Positions 12,831 through 26,206 of a DNA stretch of 64,000 nt are shown piece by piece. The translations under genes were made by a program, and so were the position numbers. Under the pieces are notes generated by a model that was not told where the DNA came from, ran no database searches, and worked only from the letters and a program-made list of their open reading frames with translations. Every line of letters starts with the position of its first letter. The first letter of the stretch is position 1. Location: the NCBI GenBank assembly GCA_013265495.1, contig MU058781.1, positions 8,103,009-8,167,008 on the forward strand, in the 5' to 3' direction. Origin of the DNA: Vicugna vicugna. Its lineage: Eukaryota.

Positions 12831-12969
12831 TATGCCATTTTTAACATGAAGTTCATAGTCACTTGCTTGGGGTTATATACTAAATCGAATGCAATTTTAG
12901 AATCTCTCTTGACTATAAACTCTTCCAAGGAAAGGCATGGGCCCTACTCTATTTATTCATCATCTATAT

Positions 12970-13270
12970 TAGATCAAATGTCACCTTCCAGATGCCTTCA
13001 TAGACTATTCCATCTAAATGAGTGCTCTCCTCACTGCTACCAGTAACCTTCATAGTATTCTGTTGAATTTCTTTATACTACTCACTGCTACTTGATAGTC
13101 ATTTTTATTTGCTTATGTACTTATTTATTACGTCTTTCCCCACTGGACTAGCAGCTTCTTGAGATCAGGAGTCTGGTGTTTCTTATTCACCTCTGTATCC
13201 CCCATGTCTCAAACAGTGTCTGGCACATAGCTGGTACTCAGCACATGTTTATTGGATATATCAATAAATC
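12970..13270 (+). mobile_element. L2 3' end
   Basis: tcaaatgtcaccttc...ttcacctctgtatcccc...acagtgtctggcacatagctggtactca. Confidence 0.85.
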
Positions 13271-14549
13271 TTCATATTTCTCACTATGCCTAATGGCTGG
13301 CCTTAGTGGGATCAATAATGATTTACTAAATGAATGGAATTTCTTACTCCCCCAGTACATGCTCATATGGCCAAAATACATTTTTATCTGTAAAATTCTG
13401 ATTTATAAAAATAATTTTTCAGGATGACACTAATATTACAAAATCAAAATAACAAACACAGAGTAGTCTCTGCCTGTCAGGCAGCTGACTTAATTTCCTA
13501 ATTATGTTTTCTTCCTATTAACACTGGAAAAAGTCAGTGTTCTCTGAGCTCACGTCAGCTGATTATATGATGGAGGAAAAGACTGGAAACAGAGGGAGTT
13601 GTCCCAGGTGCTGAGAGGATCTGGCTCATGCTTAATCAACAAAGCAGGCTACTAAGATATGCCTGGATGTCAGATGATATAAAGACTGGCATAGGATGAA
13701 TCAAGAAAGAAGGAAGAAACAAAGAATTAGCCAAGGCAGCCAACTGCCTAAATTTGAGTTCAGTATGGGAGACCCAATTTAAGCCACACGAGTATTTACC
13801 CAGTTGGGGAAGAAAGAAATGAGTATCTGAGAATCAAGCAGCAATCCTTTTCCTGGACTGGAGAGGTGACAGAAATTTGGACTTTTCCCCCCAGGTTGTG
13901 TGGTAAAAATTATCAATGGCTGACATTTAAGAGAAATGAAATCTGATGAGGCAGAGTAAATGCAGTGTGGATGATCTGCTTTTCCCTATAACTGAGTGGA
14001 TAAACATGATTATTTACCTAATAAAGAATTCTTTGATGTTCCCAAAACAATCCTATTAGTTTAATAAATGGTTGAAAAATTATGATTTATACAAGCTTGG
14101 TTAATAAATACACTGTGCAGTCTCTGCCCATTTATCATTGATTTCCATATGTTTGTACAGACAGCTGAGTTCTTTCTTTTCCTCTGAATGCTGCATTTGC
14201 AGGAAAATCAGGGTTGAATTTAAAACATGAAATAATCATTATAAACCTTCTAGGTAAATAGTACTAGCTTGTTACTCATAAGCTGAAGAACCCGAGCTAG
14301 CATCCAGTAATGAGAATTTTCCTACTTTCTCTGTCCGTCGGAGAAGAGAAAGCTGTCCCTGGGTATACCATCACCCCAAACACAGTGCTAGAGTCAGGGA
14401 AGACAGGAGAAAGAATCTTCAATTCATAATCACTTCTTGCCGAAAGTAGCTGTCAAGGCATCAGAGATGAGCTCCCTAAGAGACTGAGAGCAAAAATCTT
14501 TTTTCTGATCTCAGATACAAGAAGCAGTTCTGAGTCACATTATGAGTTG

Positions 14550-14920
14550 TGGTATTGACTGAATTCTGTCCTGTTAAAATTTATATGTTGAAATCCTAAC
14601 CCCCAGTGTGATCATATTCAGAGACAGGGCCTTTGAGGGGTAATTGTGTTTATGAGGTCATGAGGGTGGGACCCTCACGATGGGATTAGTGCCCTTATAA
14701 GAAGAGATACTGGGCAGTTCTGTCTCTCCCTGCCACGTGAGGACACAAGTGAGATGGCGGCCATCTGCAAGCCAGCCAGAGAGCCCTCATCAGACACTGA
14801 GTCCTGCTGGACCTTGACCTTGCACTTTCTAATCCCCAGAACTGTGAGAAAATTAATTTCTGTTGCTTAAACCACCTGTTCTGTGGTATTTTGTTACAGC
14901 AGCCTGAGCTGACTAACACA
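14550..14920 (+). mobile_element. MaLR solo LTR, MLT1A-like, complete
   Basis: TG...CA termini (tggtattgactgaa...gactaacaca), MLT1A body, 5-bp TSD agttg/agctg. Confidence 0.9.
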
Positions 14921-15359
14921 AGCTGCCATAGTGTATTAATATATTGCCTAAACTTGCTCTCTTTGATATGTCAGGTTTCTAAAATAAAGAGTTGTTCTTG
15001 TAATGGAAAGCATGAATACCTTTACATGGCAGTAAGACTGTGAGCCCCTTTCAGTAGAAGTGTGCAAGCAGATGCTGAATGACCATCTGTGAGAAATATT
15101 TCGAAAGAATGTGTAGAGCAGATGGAGTGTTGACTTGTGGACCACGTGGATGCTAGTAAATATTGAGAACATGCAATTTTAAAATAATTAAGGTAATACA
15201 CAAATTAGACGAAAGAATCTGGACATTTAGTGGGAAGGTGAGGGGAGAGGACATGAACTGTAATTGGGAGACAATCTACTCCACATGCTGAGAAGGTAGG
15301 GAAAGTATTATTACTGGAATGACAGATTAATATTTCAAGCGTTTTTGAAGGATGGGAGG

Positions 15360-15880
15360 TGTGGCAGAGATGTCACTGTTCCAGCCACAGCCCCCTCCCT
15401 AGGCCTTATTACAGCTACGTCTGCCTACCCAACTTCCAACTTCAAGCAGCTTCCAACATCCACCCTTTGTCCTTGAATGAACTCAGTGATTCACTTCTAA
15501 TGAATAGGATTTTACAGAAGTGATAGTGTGTGACTTCTGAAGCCAGGTCATGGAAGGTTTTGTGGCTTCTTTCTTGCTCTCTCTCTCTCTCTGATTCGTC
15601 ACTCTGGGGGAAGCTGGCTGCCATGTCAGGAGGACATTCAGGCAAGCCTATGAGGAAACCTATGAGGTGAGGAAACAAGGTCTCCTGCCAAGAGCCTTGT
15701 GAGTGAGGCTTGGAAGCAGAACTTCAAGCCCCAGACAAGCCTTCAGATAATCGCAGCCCCTGGTGACATGTGAGCCAAAACCAAATTCCTGACCCACGGA
15801 AACTGAGATGATAAACGTTTATTGTCTTGAGCCACTCGGATCTGAGGCTAGTAGCTACACAACAATAGGTGACTAAAACG
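15360..15880 (+). mobile_element. MaLR solo LTR, MLT1F-like
   Basis: cagaagtgatagtgtgtgacttctgaagccaggtcat...gggggaagctggctgccatgt...aattcctgacccacggaaactgagat. Confidence 0.8.
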
Positions 15881-15959
15881 GTGAGACTGAGCTGAAGTGC
15901 AGAGAATGAGCAGTAAGGTCCAATGCCTGAGAGACGATCTCATCATCACCAGACACCAT

Positions 15960-17090
15960 GAGCACATTCACCATGAGCACATTCACAAGAAGTCTTTTTA
16001 CGGTGGATACGTAGCAGTGGGTCCGCTGGCTGGTAAGGTGTGTGCATTAAACTGTACTGAGTAGTGCTAGGTTCCTCCCCCAGCCTCAGAGAGTGTCAGC
16101 TCCCAGTGACCTGCCTCTTCACAAGAAGGATAATCAAGTTGAAAAAACTTCATTCTGATGGGTATGAAATGTATCTTGTTATGGTTTTGGTTTTAAACTA
16201 GATTTTCTTGAATGTTGAAAAGACTGTATCTTCTCAATGTCTTCATTGATAAATTGGCCTGTTAACTGCTGATAAATATATTTTGCCCATTTTTCTGTCT
16301 TTTGTTTGTATTTTTATTACTGATTTCTAGCCATTGTTAAAGAGTCTAATACTCATCGTGAGACTGTTACACGTGTTCATAAGTTTCTTTCAAGTCTATT
16401 ATGTTTTTAACTTTTTATCTTTTGATGCTTAGCAGTATTAATTGTAAGATAATTGCATGTATCCTTTTCTTTATGGCTCACCCTGCTTGTATTTTGTTTA
16501 ATATACCCTACCCCAAATTTTGTTCCCTGCAATGAGGTCATAAGTATATATTCTCCCACTTTGCCTTCTAATAATAGCATAGATTTCTTTTCACAATTAA
16601 GTCTTTCATGCATATGAAAGTCTTTCACTTTTAAAAAAATTCTTTCATTTTTATTGTGGATAATGATTTGGATTTTTGTTATTTTGCATAGATAACAAAT
16701 TATTCTGGAAACATTCATTGATTTAACCATCCTTTCTCCACTGAAGCAATACTAATCCTCTCTAGTATTATGTCTCTGTATGTATGTGATCTTTCCTTTT
16801 AGTCTTTAGCTTTTTCCCATTGATCTTATGTTTATTATTTTGTTGATACCAAACTGTCGTAATTACCATAGGTTCAATTCTGTGACATTGCCAATAGCTT
16901 ATAGATTGTGACTGATAGAAAAGAAACAAATTTCATATGATCCAACCTAATGATAAGTCTTGATAACTGTTAAGTATGATGTTTGGTAAAAGTCCTTTAT
17001 CAGAGAAGAATATACCCTTCCATTTCTAGTTGTCTAGAGGATATTTAAAGGTATGTTGAATTTTATCAACTACTTTCACAGCATTTACCA
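15960..17090 (-). mobile_element. Highly decayed old L1 (L1ME-like) ORF2/3' fragments
   Basis: T-rich antisense L1 motifs: ttttgcccattttt, tattctcccactttgccttcta, cccttccatttctagttg, tgttgaattttatcaa. Confidence 0.6.
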
Positions 17091-18074
17091 AGCATATACT
17101 GTTAACTACTAAGATTACCTACTATTACCTACTAAGATTATTTCTATCATTACTTGGGTTTCTATACTTTCCTATATGCAGTCAGGGTAAAGTATCCTGA
17201 ACTGTGAAAATATTTTCAACACAAAGATTGGTATAGCTGACATTAGCTCTGAGCCCCCCTCCCCAATTAATGAGATAATATCAGCTACTGCTGAGTTAGT
17301 TGCTTGCTAGATGCTTTGGAAACTCCTAAAGAATGCGAAGAAGCAAAGAAAGTAACTAGTAAGTCACTAACTTTTTCATTTGTCCTAATGAAAATTATTA
17401 GATAATGGAGTTGCTTAGCAATAATTAGGTAATAGCCTGGGGTAGTGGACACCTTGGTAGATTTATAATGAGAGAGGGCAACCAGGTCATAGTTAATGAG
17501 AGTTTTCTAAGCTTAACTGGTTCTCCAAGACACTCAGCTGAGCTATTCCTAATTATTTCATTCCAGAGGATTTCTGGCGGACACCAGCACTTACAGATAG
17601 CTGAGGCCACATGCTGTCAGTTTCCATGGTGGAATCTCCTACAGCCAAACAGCAGAGGACTGTTAGGAAGTCCCAGTCATCTTTGCCTGAGTACCAAAAG
17701 GCAGTACCAGGTGGTTGCCACACTGGGCCCATACTCTGCTTACTGGGGTAGGTGAGAGTTCTGGGAGGTTCTCCCTATGCTTTCAGATGTGGTCTAGGAT
17801 AAATTGCAAGAACTTCCAGATGACCCAAGTCTCCACAATCATCCCCATTAGGTGAACATGGGAGCTGGGGTAGTGAGGCAGGTCAGTTCTGTACTCCTAG
17901 CATATCTACCTCAGCTGCGAGGACCCATCCCCAAGGAAGAGGACTCCCAGACAGTACTCCTGTGAAGAAATATGGAGACAGGTGTCCCAAAGCAGCAAGG
18001 AACCTGGTACAGACACTCTGGCTCTAAAAGAACTTGCTGGCCTCTAGATGGATGAGCTTATATAATTTTTTAGA

Positions 18075-18380
18075 ACAAAATTTGCCCATGTTAGTGCCTT
18101 CAGGGCCAAGTAGGTAATATAAAGCACTAAGGAGAGGTTAGGTCAGTGGGAAATTGGGAAGAATGTCCTATCTCAAGGGGCTGCAACCGATCAGCTCCAG
18201 GAGCCTTCTTACAAACAGAGGCCCAAGGCTAACCTACTTCTTTAAGAGAAGCCTGCAGTCCAGCTGTTCTTTGAAGTCCTTCAATTTTTAAATGTTCGTA
18301 ACTAATTTAAAAAAAAAAGCTAACCCAAAATTCATAACTGCAGGTCATATTTGGCTTGTGGCTGCCAGTTTCCACTTCTT
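18075..18380 (+). mobile_element. MER102-like hAT-Charlie element
   Basis: tgccttcagggccaagtaggtaat...tcagctccag...aagagaagcc...tttttaaatgttcgtaactaattt...tttggcttgtggctgccagttt. Confidence 0.7.
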
Positions 18381-19433
18381 TTACAACATGGATCCTGACC
18401 CTTTTGTAATCCATTGAGGCACAACCACCAGGGGCAAGGCCACAGTGCCTGTGACCAAAGGGCAGTTACTATGGCCATAAGCTGAAGAAAATTGACCACT
18501 GTAGTAAATGTGATGTATATTAAGGTTGTAGTCAATACAAAGCACCCCTTTCTTTCCCTACAGAGTTTGGATGCACTTGAAAAATAAGATACAGGAGACA
18601 GACAAAAAGATGAAAATACCAACTTTCATAATAATAAATCATGTGGCAATAGCTCTGTGGCTAGACATGCCCCTAGTAGCTCCAAGAGTTAGACTGACTT
18701 ACCCCTTAATCACTGACACAAGTGGACAACTGTGGACTGCACCTGCGGGGCAAAGCCCACCCTGCTGAGCTTACCCACGGAGAACATCCTCCCAGAACAG
18801 GGCGATGAGAGAAGAAAAGCTCATCAGTGTGGCTTCAACACACTCAGTTCCTTCTCCCAAACTCACCAATCAGAAGAAGAGTGACTCAGAGGGTGAGGAA
18901 AAAACAGATGTGTTCCCATTTTTAAACAAGAAAAAGTGGTCCCCCAACATAGATCTGGAAGGGGGGAGGGGAAGAGTCATTTCAGCTTGGAATGGGTCGG
19001 GGAAAGCAAAGCACAAGTAGAATGTGAGCTGCTTCTCAATGAACGAGTAGACTTTTTTCCCCCTAAATTGTGTTAAAATACACATAACATGAAATTTATC
19101 ATCATAACCATTTTTAAGTGCACAATTTAATGGTATTGAGTACATTCACATTGTTGTGCTACCATCACCACCATCCATCTCCAGAACTCTTCATCCTGCA
19201 AACCTGAAACCCCCTCCCTATTGAACAATAACTACCCCTGCCCCCCTTCCCCCAGTCCCTGGCAAGCACCACTCTATTTTCTGTCTCCATGAATTAGACT
19301 GCTCTGAGCACCTCATATAAGTGGAAACATACAGAATTTGTCCTTTTGTCACTGGTTCATTTCACTTAGCATAATGTCCTCAAGGTTCATGGATGTTGTC
19401 ACATGCATCAGAATGTCCCTCTTTAAAGTTGCA

Positions 19434-19520
19434 GAGGAGGGATACAGCTCAGTGGTAGAGGGCATGCTTAGCATGCATGAGGTCCCGGGCTTGATCCTCA
19501 GTACCTCCATTTAAAAAAAA
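19434..19520 (+). mobile_element. tRNA-Ala(AGC)-derived SINE (camelid vic-1 type)
   Basis: GGGATACAGCTCAGTGGTAGAG.GCATGCTTAGCATGCATGAGGTCCCGGG.TTGATCC.CAGTACCTCCA plus A-tail; degenerate TSD aaagttgca/aaaattgaa; B-box mutated. Confidence 0.85.
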
Positions 19521-19838
19521 TTGAACAATATTCTGATGTGTATAGATCCCATGTTTTGTTTATCCATTTAGCCTAAAAGGATACTTGGATTGCTTCCACC
19601 TATTGGCTATTGTAAGTAGTGCTTCTATGAATATGGGTGTACAAATATCTTGGCAAGTATCTGCTTTCAATCCTTTAGGGTATATATGCAGAAGTAGAAT
19701 TTGTGGATTATATGATAATTTTATTTTTAATCTTTAAGGAACTGCCATACTGTTTTTCATAGCAGCTGCACCATTTTACACTCCCACCAGCAGTGTACAA
19801 GAATTCCAGTTCTTCTATATCCTCACAGAGTCTTGTTA

Positions 19839-19843
<5 letters not shown>

Positions 19844-19872
<29 letters not shown>

Positions 19873-19888
19873 CAGAGAGAGAGAGAGA
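19844..19888. repeat. Compound (TG)14-(AG)n microsatellite
   Basis: Direct reading. Confidence 0.95.
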
Positions 19889-20039
19889 CAGTAGCCATCC
19901 TAATGGATGTGAGGTAGAGGAATGGATAGATTCTTAACATGAATGTATAAGGGGAATGTATTGGGGAGGGGGAAGAATGTAAAGATGCAGAAGTAGGGAT
20001 CCCAAGTAATACGGAGAGGATAGTTTAGCTGGGAACAGT

Positions 20040-20350
20040 GAGAAATTTTGTGGAAAAACACTGGAAAGATTGTGAAGGGCCTTAAATGCCAAGCTAAGGA
20101 GTTCCAAACCTGTCTTACAGTCAATGAGAGCTCCTGGATGTTGTTAAGGGGAAATGACAGTGTAAGAATGATACTGAAGAAGAATTGGAGGACAGCACAA
20201 TTTCAAAATCTGCAGTACTTCAGGAAAAGTCGGGGCCAGGGCAGTAGTGATGGGAATGTGGAAGAAGGAAAGGAAAAGATTGAAACAACACTTTGAAGAA
20301 AGAATTGTCAGGTCATACTCACTAGTTAACTATGAGAAGTAAATAAGAGA
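20040..20350 (-). mobile_element. L2 fragment
   Basis: gaagggccttaaatgccaagctaaggagtt...ggccagggcagtagtgatgggaatg. Confidence 0.65.
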
Positions 20351-20589
20351 AAAAGGAATGCAAAAAAGTGATTGTGTCATTTCTTGCTCCCTCTGAACAC
20401 AAACGCCTTTTTCTTGCTTCGTGTTAATTACCATTCTTCCTAAATTCTCTTAGAAAGAAATAGAAAACCCTCTTATTTCTGTGCCCTTGAAAGTCTTTAT
20501 TTATTCAATATAGTTAAATGTCTGTGTACCTGTCTCTTACAGAAGAGCCTCTTGGAGCATTTAGAATTGCAAGGACCTTGTATCTTGTT

Positions 20590-20775
20590 AAGGCGCTGCG
20601 CTAAGGATGACAGAAAACCAAGAGACAAGTAGCAAGAGTCCCAGTTAAATATGGAGCCGCCATTCCAGTCTTCCACGGCCAAACCTCCGAATCTATTCCA
20701 GGTGAGAGAATGAACCTCGTGTGGTTAAGACATTGGTGTGGGCACACGCGACCAAACCTAACTCTAACTCATGTA
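20590..20775 (+). mobile_element. Old MaLR (MLT1J/K-like) LTR 3' fragment
   Basis: ctaaggatgacagaa...tggagccgccattccag...gtgagagaatgaacctc...gttaag...ctaact. Confidence 0.45.
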
Positions 20776-23700
20776 GCCTAAATACTCTTTATTATTAGAA
20801 AAATGAAAGCATTTTAATGCATCTTACAAAGTAGAGACTTCTTGGATGTTTATTTTTTGATATAGAAAAATTCAAGGAGGCAGCAAAGGCCAGCCATAGG
20901 CTCTGACACTAGACCCTAGCAAGTTGACTGATTGCTTTCTTCAGTCATTTGGAAAAAAAGCTTTCAATTTAGAAGATTTAACTAAAGTGGCTAGTGGAAT
21001 GACAATGATGTTTTCTGAGGATCTGGAGGCCTCCCTTGTAAACATTCTGCTTCTCAGTGAATCTACAGAGTTGACTGGGAGGTAAATCAATACTTCCTGC
21101 CCTTCTCCAAAAACCTTCAAGTTCTCTTCTTGAGACGTCTAAGTTTATAACTGTTAACGTGTTTTACTAAACCTGAAGACGACAATTCAAAACTGCTTTT
21201 GATTAGTAAATCAATAACTATACCCCACAGGCTGTTTCTTCTCTTTCCTCTCCCCCAAGAACACAGGTTTCCTGAAATCAACATGCCCATAAATATTGAA
21301 AATGACTAGGAACATTAATGTGAGCACAGACACAATGACTTTGGCAATTATGTCAGAAGTGAGATGTGTGCAAGAAAGGCGACTCTGTGGTGCTTCCCAC
21401 AGAACCACCTGCATTTATTCTCAACCAGTCAAAGCAGAGATTTAAGATCATTAAAAAAAAAATTCAAGGCAACAAACAACAAAGCAAGCATCCCGACCAA
21501 TTTCAAAAGTCATGAATGTAACCACCAATAAAAATGAAAACTTCCACCATTTTAATTTATCACATTCAACGGTCTAAGAATTGTTGTAATTAACCAGGTA
21601 CTCTGATTATCGAAGCCAGTGGTTCATGTGGATGGCTTCACGCTATAAATATACTGAGACTTTTCACAGAAATGCCCTGTTGAAGATATTAAGGTGTGTG
21701 CCCTCTTTCCCTCACCCCTAGCTTCCTGCAGGCTGGGTGAATCCAGGAGCTTCTAGAGAAAATGCCCATGCTGAAGTTTTCAAATCCATTTAATGAGGCA
21801 TCATGACTCAACTTGGCAAGACTTCTTCCCCCTCGCTTCTATTCCACCTCAAACTGTTTTGATTCATTTGTGAGAAATTTACTTTTGCCAATTGAAAAAC
21901 CCTTTTGTGGCTGCCAGTCACTAATCTCCCCTCTGACACATTCATTCAACCAGACTAAATCCAATATTGACATTTGTATCTAGGGGAAAAGAGGTTAAGC
22001 ACTGGGAGGAAAAGCAACTTCTGTGCCCTGCCAAATGCCGCGCGGCATCTAAATGAGCCACGATGGGTTCACTTCATGGGGGAGCCCCGGAGAACTGAGG
22101 GGGGCTTTGATCACATCTGGGGGCCGTCATCCTCTAACTAGGCAGCCAAATGGAAGTTGTTTGATACTACCTATAGGTATCTGTAGCCGCCTAATTTAAA
22201 TTCTCCCTAGCTCTCAGAAATCATTTTTTAATACCATCATCTCAAGGGAGTATCTTGAATGCTTTTACTAGATTTTGCTTTCTCTGGCATTAAAAAAAAA
22301 AAAAGCCACCATTGTAATCCCTTGAACATTCTGCCCACTTCTCAAGCTAGCATTCCCTTTCTTAGACTCTTGCCTTAAGGTAACAGGGAGGCAATAATGG
22401 TTCTTCCTACCAAAGCTGCATGAGATTGTCTGTTTGGTTAGGACTCTCTTACAGCTCCTCACCTCTACCCAGGGTGTATGACTCTGTCTCCTTGCGCAGC
22501 GATACACAGTGACAGCTAATATAGGCATTGCTAGAAAAACATTGTTCTTTTAGTAAGGAATAAAAAATAGAGTTTGGATTGCAATGTAGAAAAATAAATC
22601 TATGCATATAAATCAAATGTTAAAATGTGAATTTGAAAGTGGCCAAAGGAACTGGATGAAAATGGAGGTGAGAAAGTCAAAGTTCAGTCTGCAAGCAAGG
22701 GATGCAACCCAGCACTATTTACATCCAATTTCCTTAATATCTTCTTCCATCATTCACCCTGCCTCATCGCTGAGGCATTACTCCCCTTTCTTTAAGTTTC
22801 TTACCAATTTAAACAAAAAGAAAAATATCATACAGAGAGGGTGCAATCCTTGTAGCCTTCTAGTGTTTACTAGAGTGAGTGGGTTCTTTTAATTAAGAAT
22901 ATTCTCTGGTAAATAGTATCAGAAGGCAGTAACATGGACCCGCGTTGACTCTGTGCCTTCTTAATAACGTGTTGCTCCATTCTGTGGCTTTAGGAGTGTG
23001 TTCATTCTGACTGAGTGGCTGATGTGTGTTTGTCCGCAGAATTCTGACACAATACCCTTTTCTGTCTCTCTGCGGTTACTTACACACTCTTATTATTTAA
23101 ATGCCACACTTTAAACTGTGGGAACACAGAATATAGTCACACATTTTTAAAGATGTTTTTACATGACAATTAACATTTCATCTCCAATTACTTTTCAAAG
23201 GAGGGTCATCAGTTGTGAATTCAACTCATTATCTTTAAACCAAGAGTATTTAATGTCCCCCCCTCCAAGAGTTTATGACTTTATTCTGTCTCGGACCTCC
23301 ACATTGCAAGCTGGTTTCATTACCTGTTAATGGTCACATCAGCTTCCCTTTGCTCCTCAGACTCAGGCCAGACATGCCAACTCCCGAGTTCCCAGCCTGC
23401 CAGATTCTCTTTCTTACCCACCTTTTAGTTGTGCTGATTGTGAAGTTCCACTAAGTAAGTTATTTTTATGTAGATGTGATAGCGTGCAGGATCACCTGTT
23501 TGTCACAGTTGCCAACAGCACCCTTGATCAGTCAGGAATTGGTGCCATATAGAAAATTAACTGTGTTTAAGGCCGAAGAAAACCTGAAACTTCAACATGT
23601 AAACTGAAAATACGATCTACATTTGGTTTCCCTGAGAGTGTGATATTGGTTTGGGAGTACAGGTCAGAGGTAAAGACTGTCATAGACTCTTAGAGTGGAG

Positions 23701-24261
23701 AGGGTTATTGAGCATCTTCTGTGCCAATATATAGTTTTCTACTGGGCCTCTTAGTATAGTTTACCAGACAAATTCATTGTCAAAGTATAATTGTCAAAAG
23801 TTTGTATGACTCTCATACAAATATGACATGGATCTGATGGCATTTAGGCAATAAAATGCTGAAACTGATTAAAATGAAAATAAGAGAAACAAAGATACAT
23901 TACTAGGAAATAAATTTTAAATATGTTTACTGAAATAGAGAAAAAACTGGTTAATGGCCTATTGGGTTATAAAACCATAACCTTTGGGATTATCTTTTCT
24001 ACTGGGCAACAGTTATTTGCATCTCTCCCTGAAAAGCTTTACATGTACTGTCCAGTCTCTGAACCTTTAGTTAATAGTAATAGCAAAGTCGAACACAGGC
24101 ACTCGAACACAGATATATTCCTTAGATAATTAAATAATATTGGGGTGAACCTGTTTTTTTAAAGCCTCAGTTTGACGTTAAAAGAACATTCCTCCTATAT
24201 TTTTGCTTTATTTCCAAGCTTTAAATAACAAGAATAACGAATTCCTAGTTTATTCTGAGCC

Positions 24262-24708
24262 TGTGGTAGGCTGTTCTCCACCAAAGATGCCCTAATCCCC
24301 AGAGCCTGTATATATAGCACCTTATGTGGCAAAAGGGACCTTGCAGGCGGCTAAACTAAGGACTTTGAGAAGGGAAGGTTATTGTGGATGATCTGGGTGG
24401 GCCCATTGTAATCGTGAAGATCTTTACAAGAGGGACGCAAGAGGGTCAAAGGCAGAAAAAGGAGATGTGAGGACAGAAGCCAAGGCTGGGGTGATGTTCT
24501 TTGTAGATGGGAGCCAAGAAATGCAGGCCGTTTCTAGAAGCTGGAAAAGGCACAGGATTGGATTCTCCCCCAGAACCTTCAGAAGCAAAGCAGCCCTTCC
24601 AACCCACTTTGGACTTCTAAGCTCCAGGACACAAGATAATAAGCTTGTGTTGTCCTCAGCCTCTAGGCTTGTGGTAACTTGTTACGTCAGCCTTAGGAAG
24701 CTCACTCA
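24262..24708 (+). mobile_element. MaLR solo LTR, MLT1D/C-like, complete
   Basis: TG...CA termini; tggcaaaagggaccttgcag, ctagaagctggaaaaggca; 5-bp TSD gagcc/gagct. Confidence 0.9.
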
Positions 24709-25784
24709 GAGCTCAAAAGGAGAGGTCTTATTGCATCCAAAGTGTGAGGCTTGGGAGAGAGAGGGCAAAAGCTAAAATCCCAAACAGTTTTCATTTGCAG
24801 TTTGCCCACCTGCAAACCAATAGATCCAGAATATAGAAAAGTTGGCATAAAAATTTTAAAACAATTCAGTGCAAAAAACTATTTTTACCGAGTTAAGAGA
24901 CAATCTGGTTGATCAAAAATAAACAAATCAACAAACTGAAAATCCCACTTTGTTGAGTTTGCAAGTTTAAAGAAGAAAACCAAAATATGTTTCATTATGC
25001 TCATCAACAGTATGACTGCATGATTAACGCAATCACTCAAACGCAATAAATGTGGCTTAAGTTTTTAACTCTTTTCACTGGTGCCATACACTTTGTGTTA
25101 TATCATTATATACCCTGTTTTCTATTATGTGTATGCAGCCACAATTCAAGTTTGTTGTTTGAATCTCTCTTTGATATGGATTTCTAAAGGGACTAAACTT
25201 AATTCTTAAACCTTATCAAAGTTCCTCTTTTCTTCTGTTTTGCTTTTAAATGCCAGTTCCCTAGTTCTCTGAACTATAGATCTGATCAGCAGGGTTTGGG
25301 AATGAGTGTTCTGCACCTGTCCCTGCTCTCTGTCCCACCCTTCCAGGTGTTGCCCTTGCAAACTGCTCACATAGGGCTGGCAAGACATGGCATGATCTGG
25401 ACCCTCCACCCACTCCAGCCTTTCTGTACCTCCTGTTACAATTTTTGTTTGCTTATTGACTGTAAGGTCACTGGAAGTGGGGACAGTGTCTACCAGTTCG
25501 TCCTTTGTTGGGTTCTAAACACTTACTTCAACATCTGTGCTTCTCTCATCCAGACAGTATGCTAACAGTGTGCAGACCAGGAATGGTGCCTGGACAATAC
25601 TCTGAGTAGCCCTGCCAGTAGGGCAGCAGTGGCTCCAAACCTACCCCCTAACCCAGCCCTTCTTACTCCAACTCCAAATGCACCTGGAAAGCCGGTGGGT
25701 TTTGGAAAGAGAGAATTAAGCAGTAAATACTCTTATGGTATAAGACTTTTGGGGCCATGTGTTACAAGAACTGATCCCTAAGTG

Positions 25785-26206
25785 GACCTGGAGATCATCA
25801 TTCTAAGTGAAGTAAGCCAGAAAGAGAAAGAAAAATACAATGAATCAATGCTATCACTCGTATGTGGAATCCAAAAAAAAAAAAAAAAAAAAAAAAAGGA
25901 GAAACAAAACAGAAACAGACTTGCAGACATAGTAAACAATCTTATGGTTACTGGAGATAGGGGGTGGGAAGGGATAAATTTGGGAGTTTGAGATTTGCAA
26001 ATGGTAACCACTATATATAAAAATAGATAAAACCCAGATTTCTTCTGTACAGCACAGGGAACTATGTTCAATATCTTGTAGTAGCCTTTAATCAAAAAGA
26101 ATATGAAAACATATATAGGTGTATATATGCAAGACTGGGACATTGTGCTGTACACCAGAAATTGACACGTTGTAACTGACTATACTTCCATTAAAAAAAA
26201 AAAAGG
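25785..26206 (+). mobile_element. Young lineage-specific L1 3' end with A-tail and TSD
   Basis: DLEIIILSEVSQKEKEKY is the L1 ORF2 end; artiodactyl-type 3' UTR; flanked by agaactgatccctaagtg (25767-25784) and agaactgattcccaagtg (26207-26224). Confidence 0.95.

Larger units (their letters stand above)
19052..19915 (-). mobile_element. L1MB-like 3' end, interrupted by a SINE and a microsatellite
   Basis: gtacattcacattgttgtgctaccatcaccaccatccatctccagaact...gcagctgcaccattttacactcccaccagcagtg. Confidence 0.9.

Noticed and set aside
15954..15986. 15-bp tandem duplication caccatgagcacatt x2
   Set aside because: Ordinary slippage duplication at the edge of an old L1.
19434..19510. Functional tRNA-Ala gene
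   Set aside because: Mutated T-loop/B-box (GGCTTGATCC), A-tail, TSD and position inside an L1 indicate a SINE.
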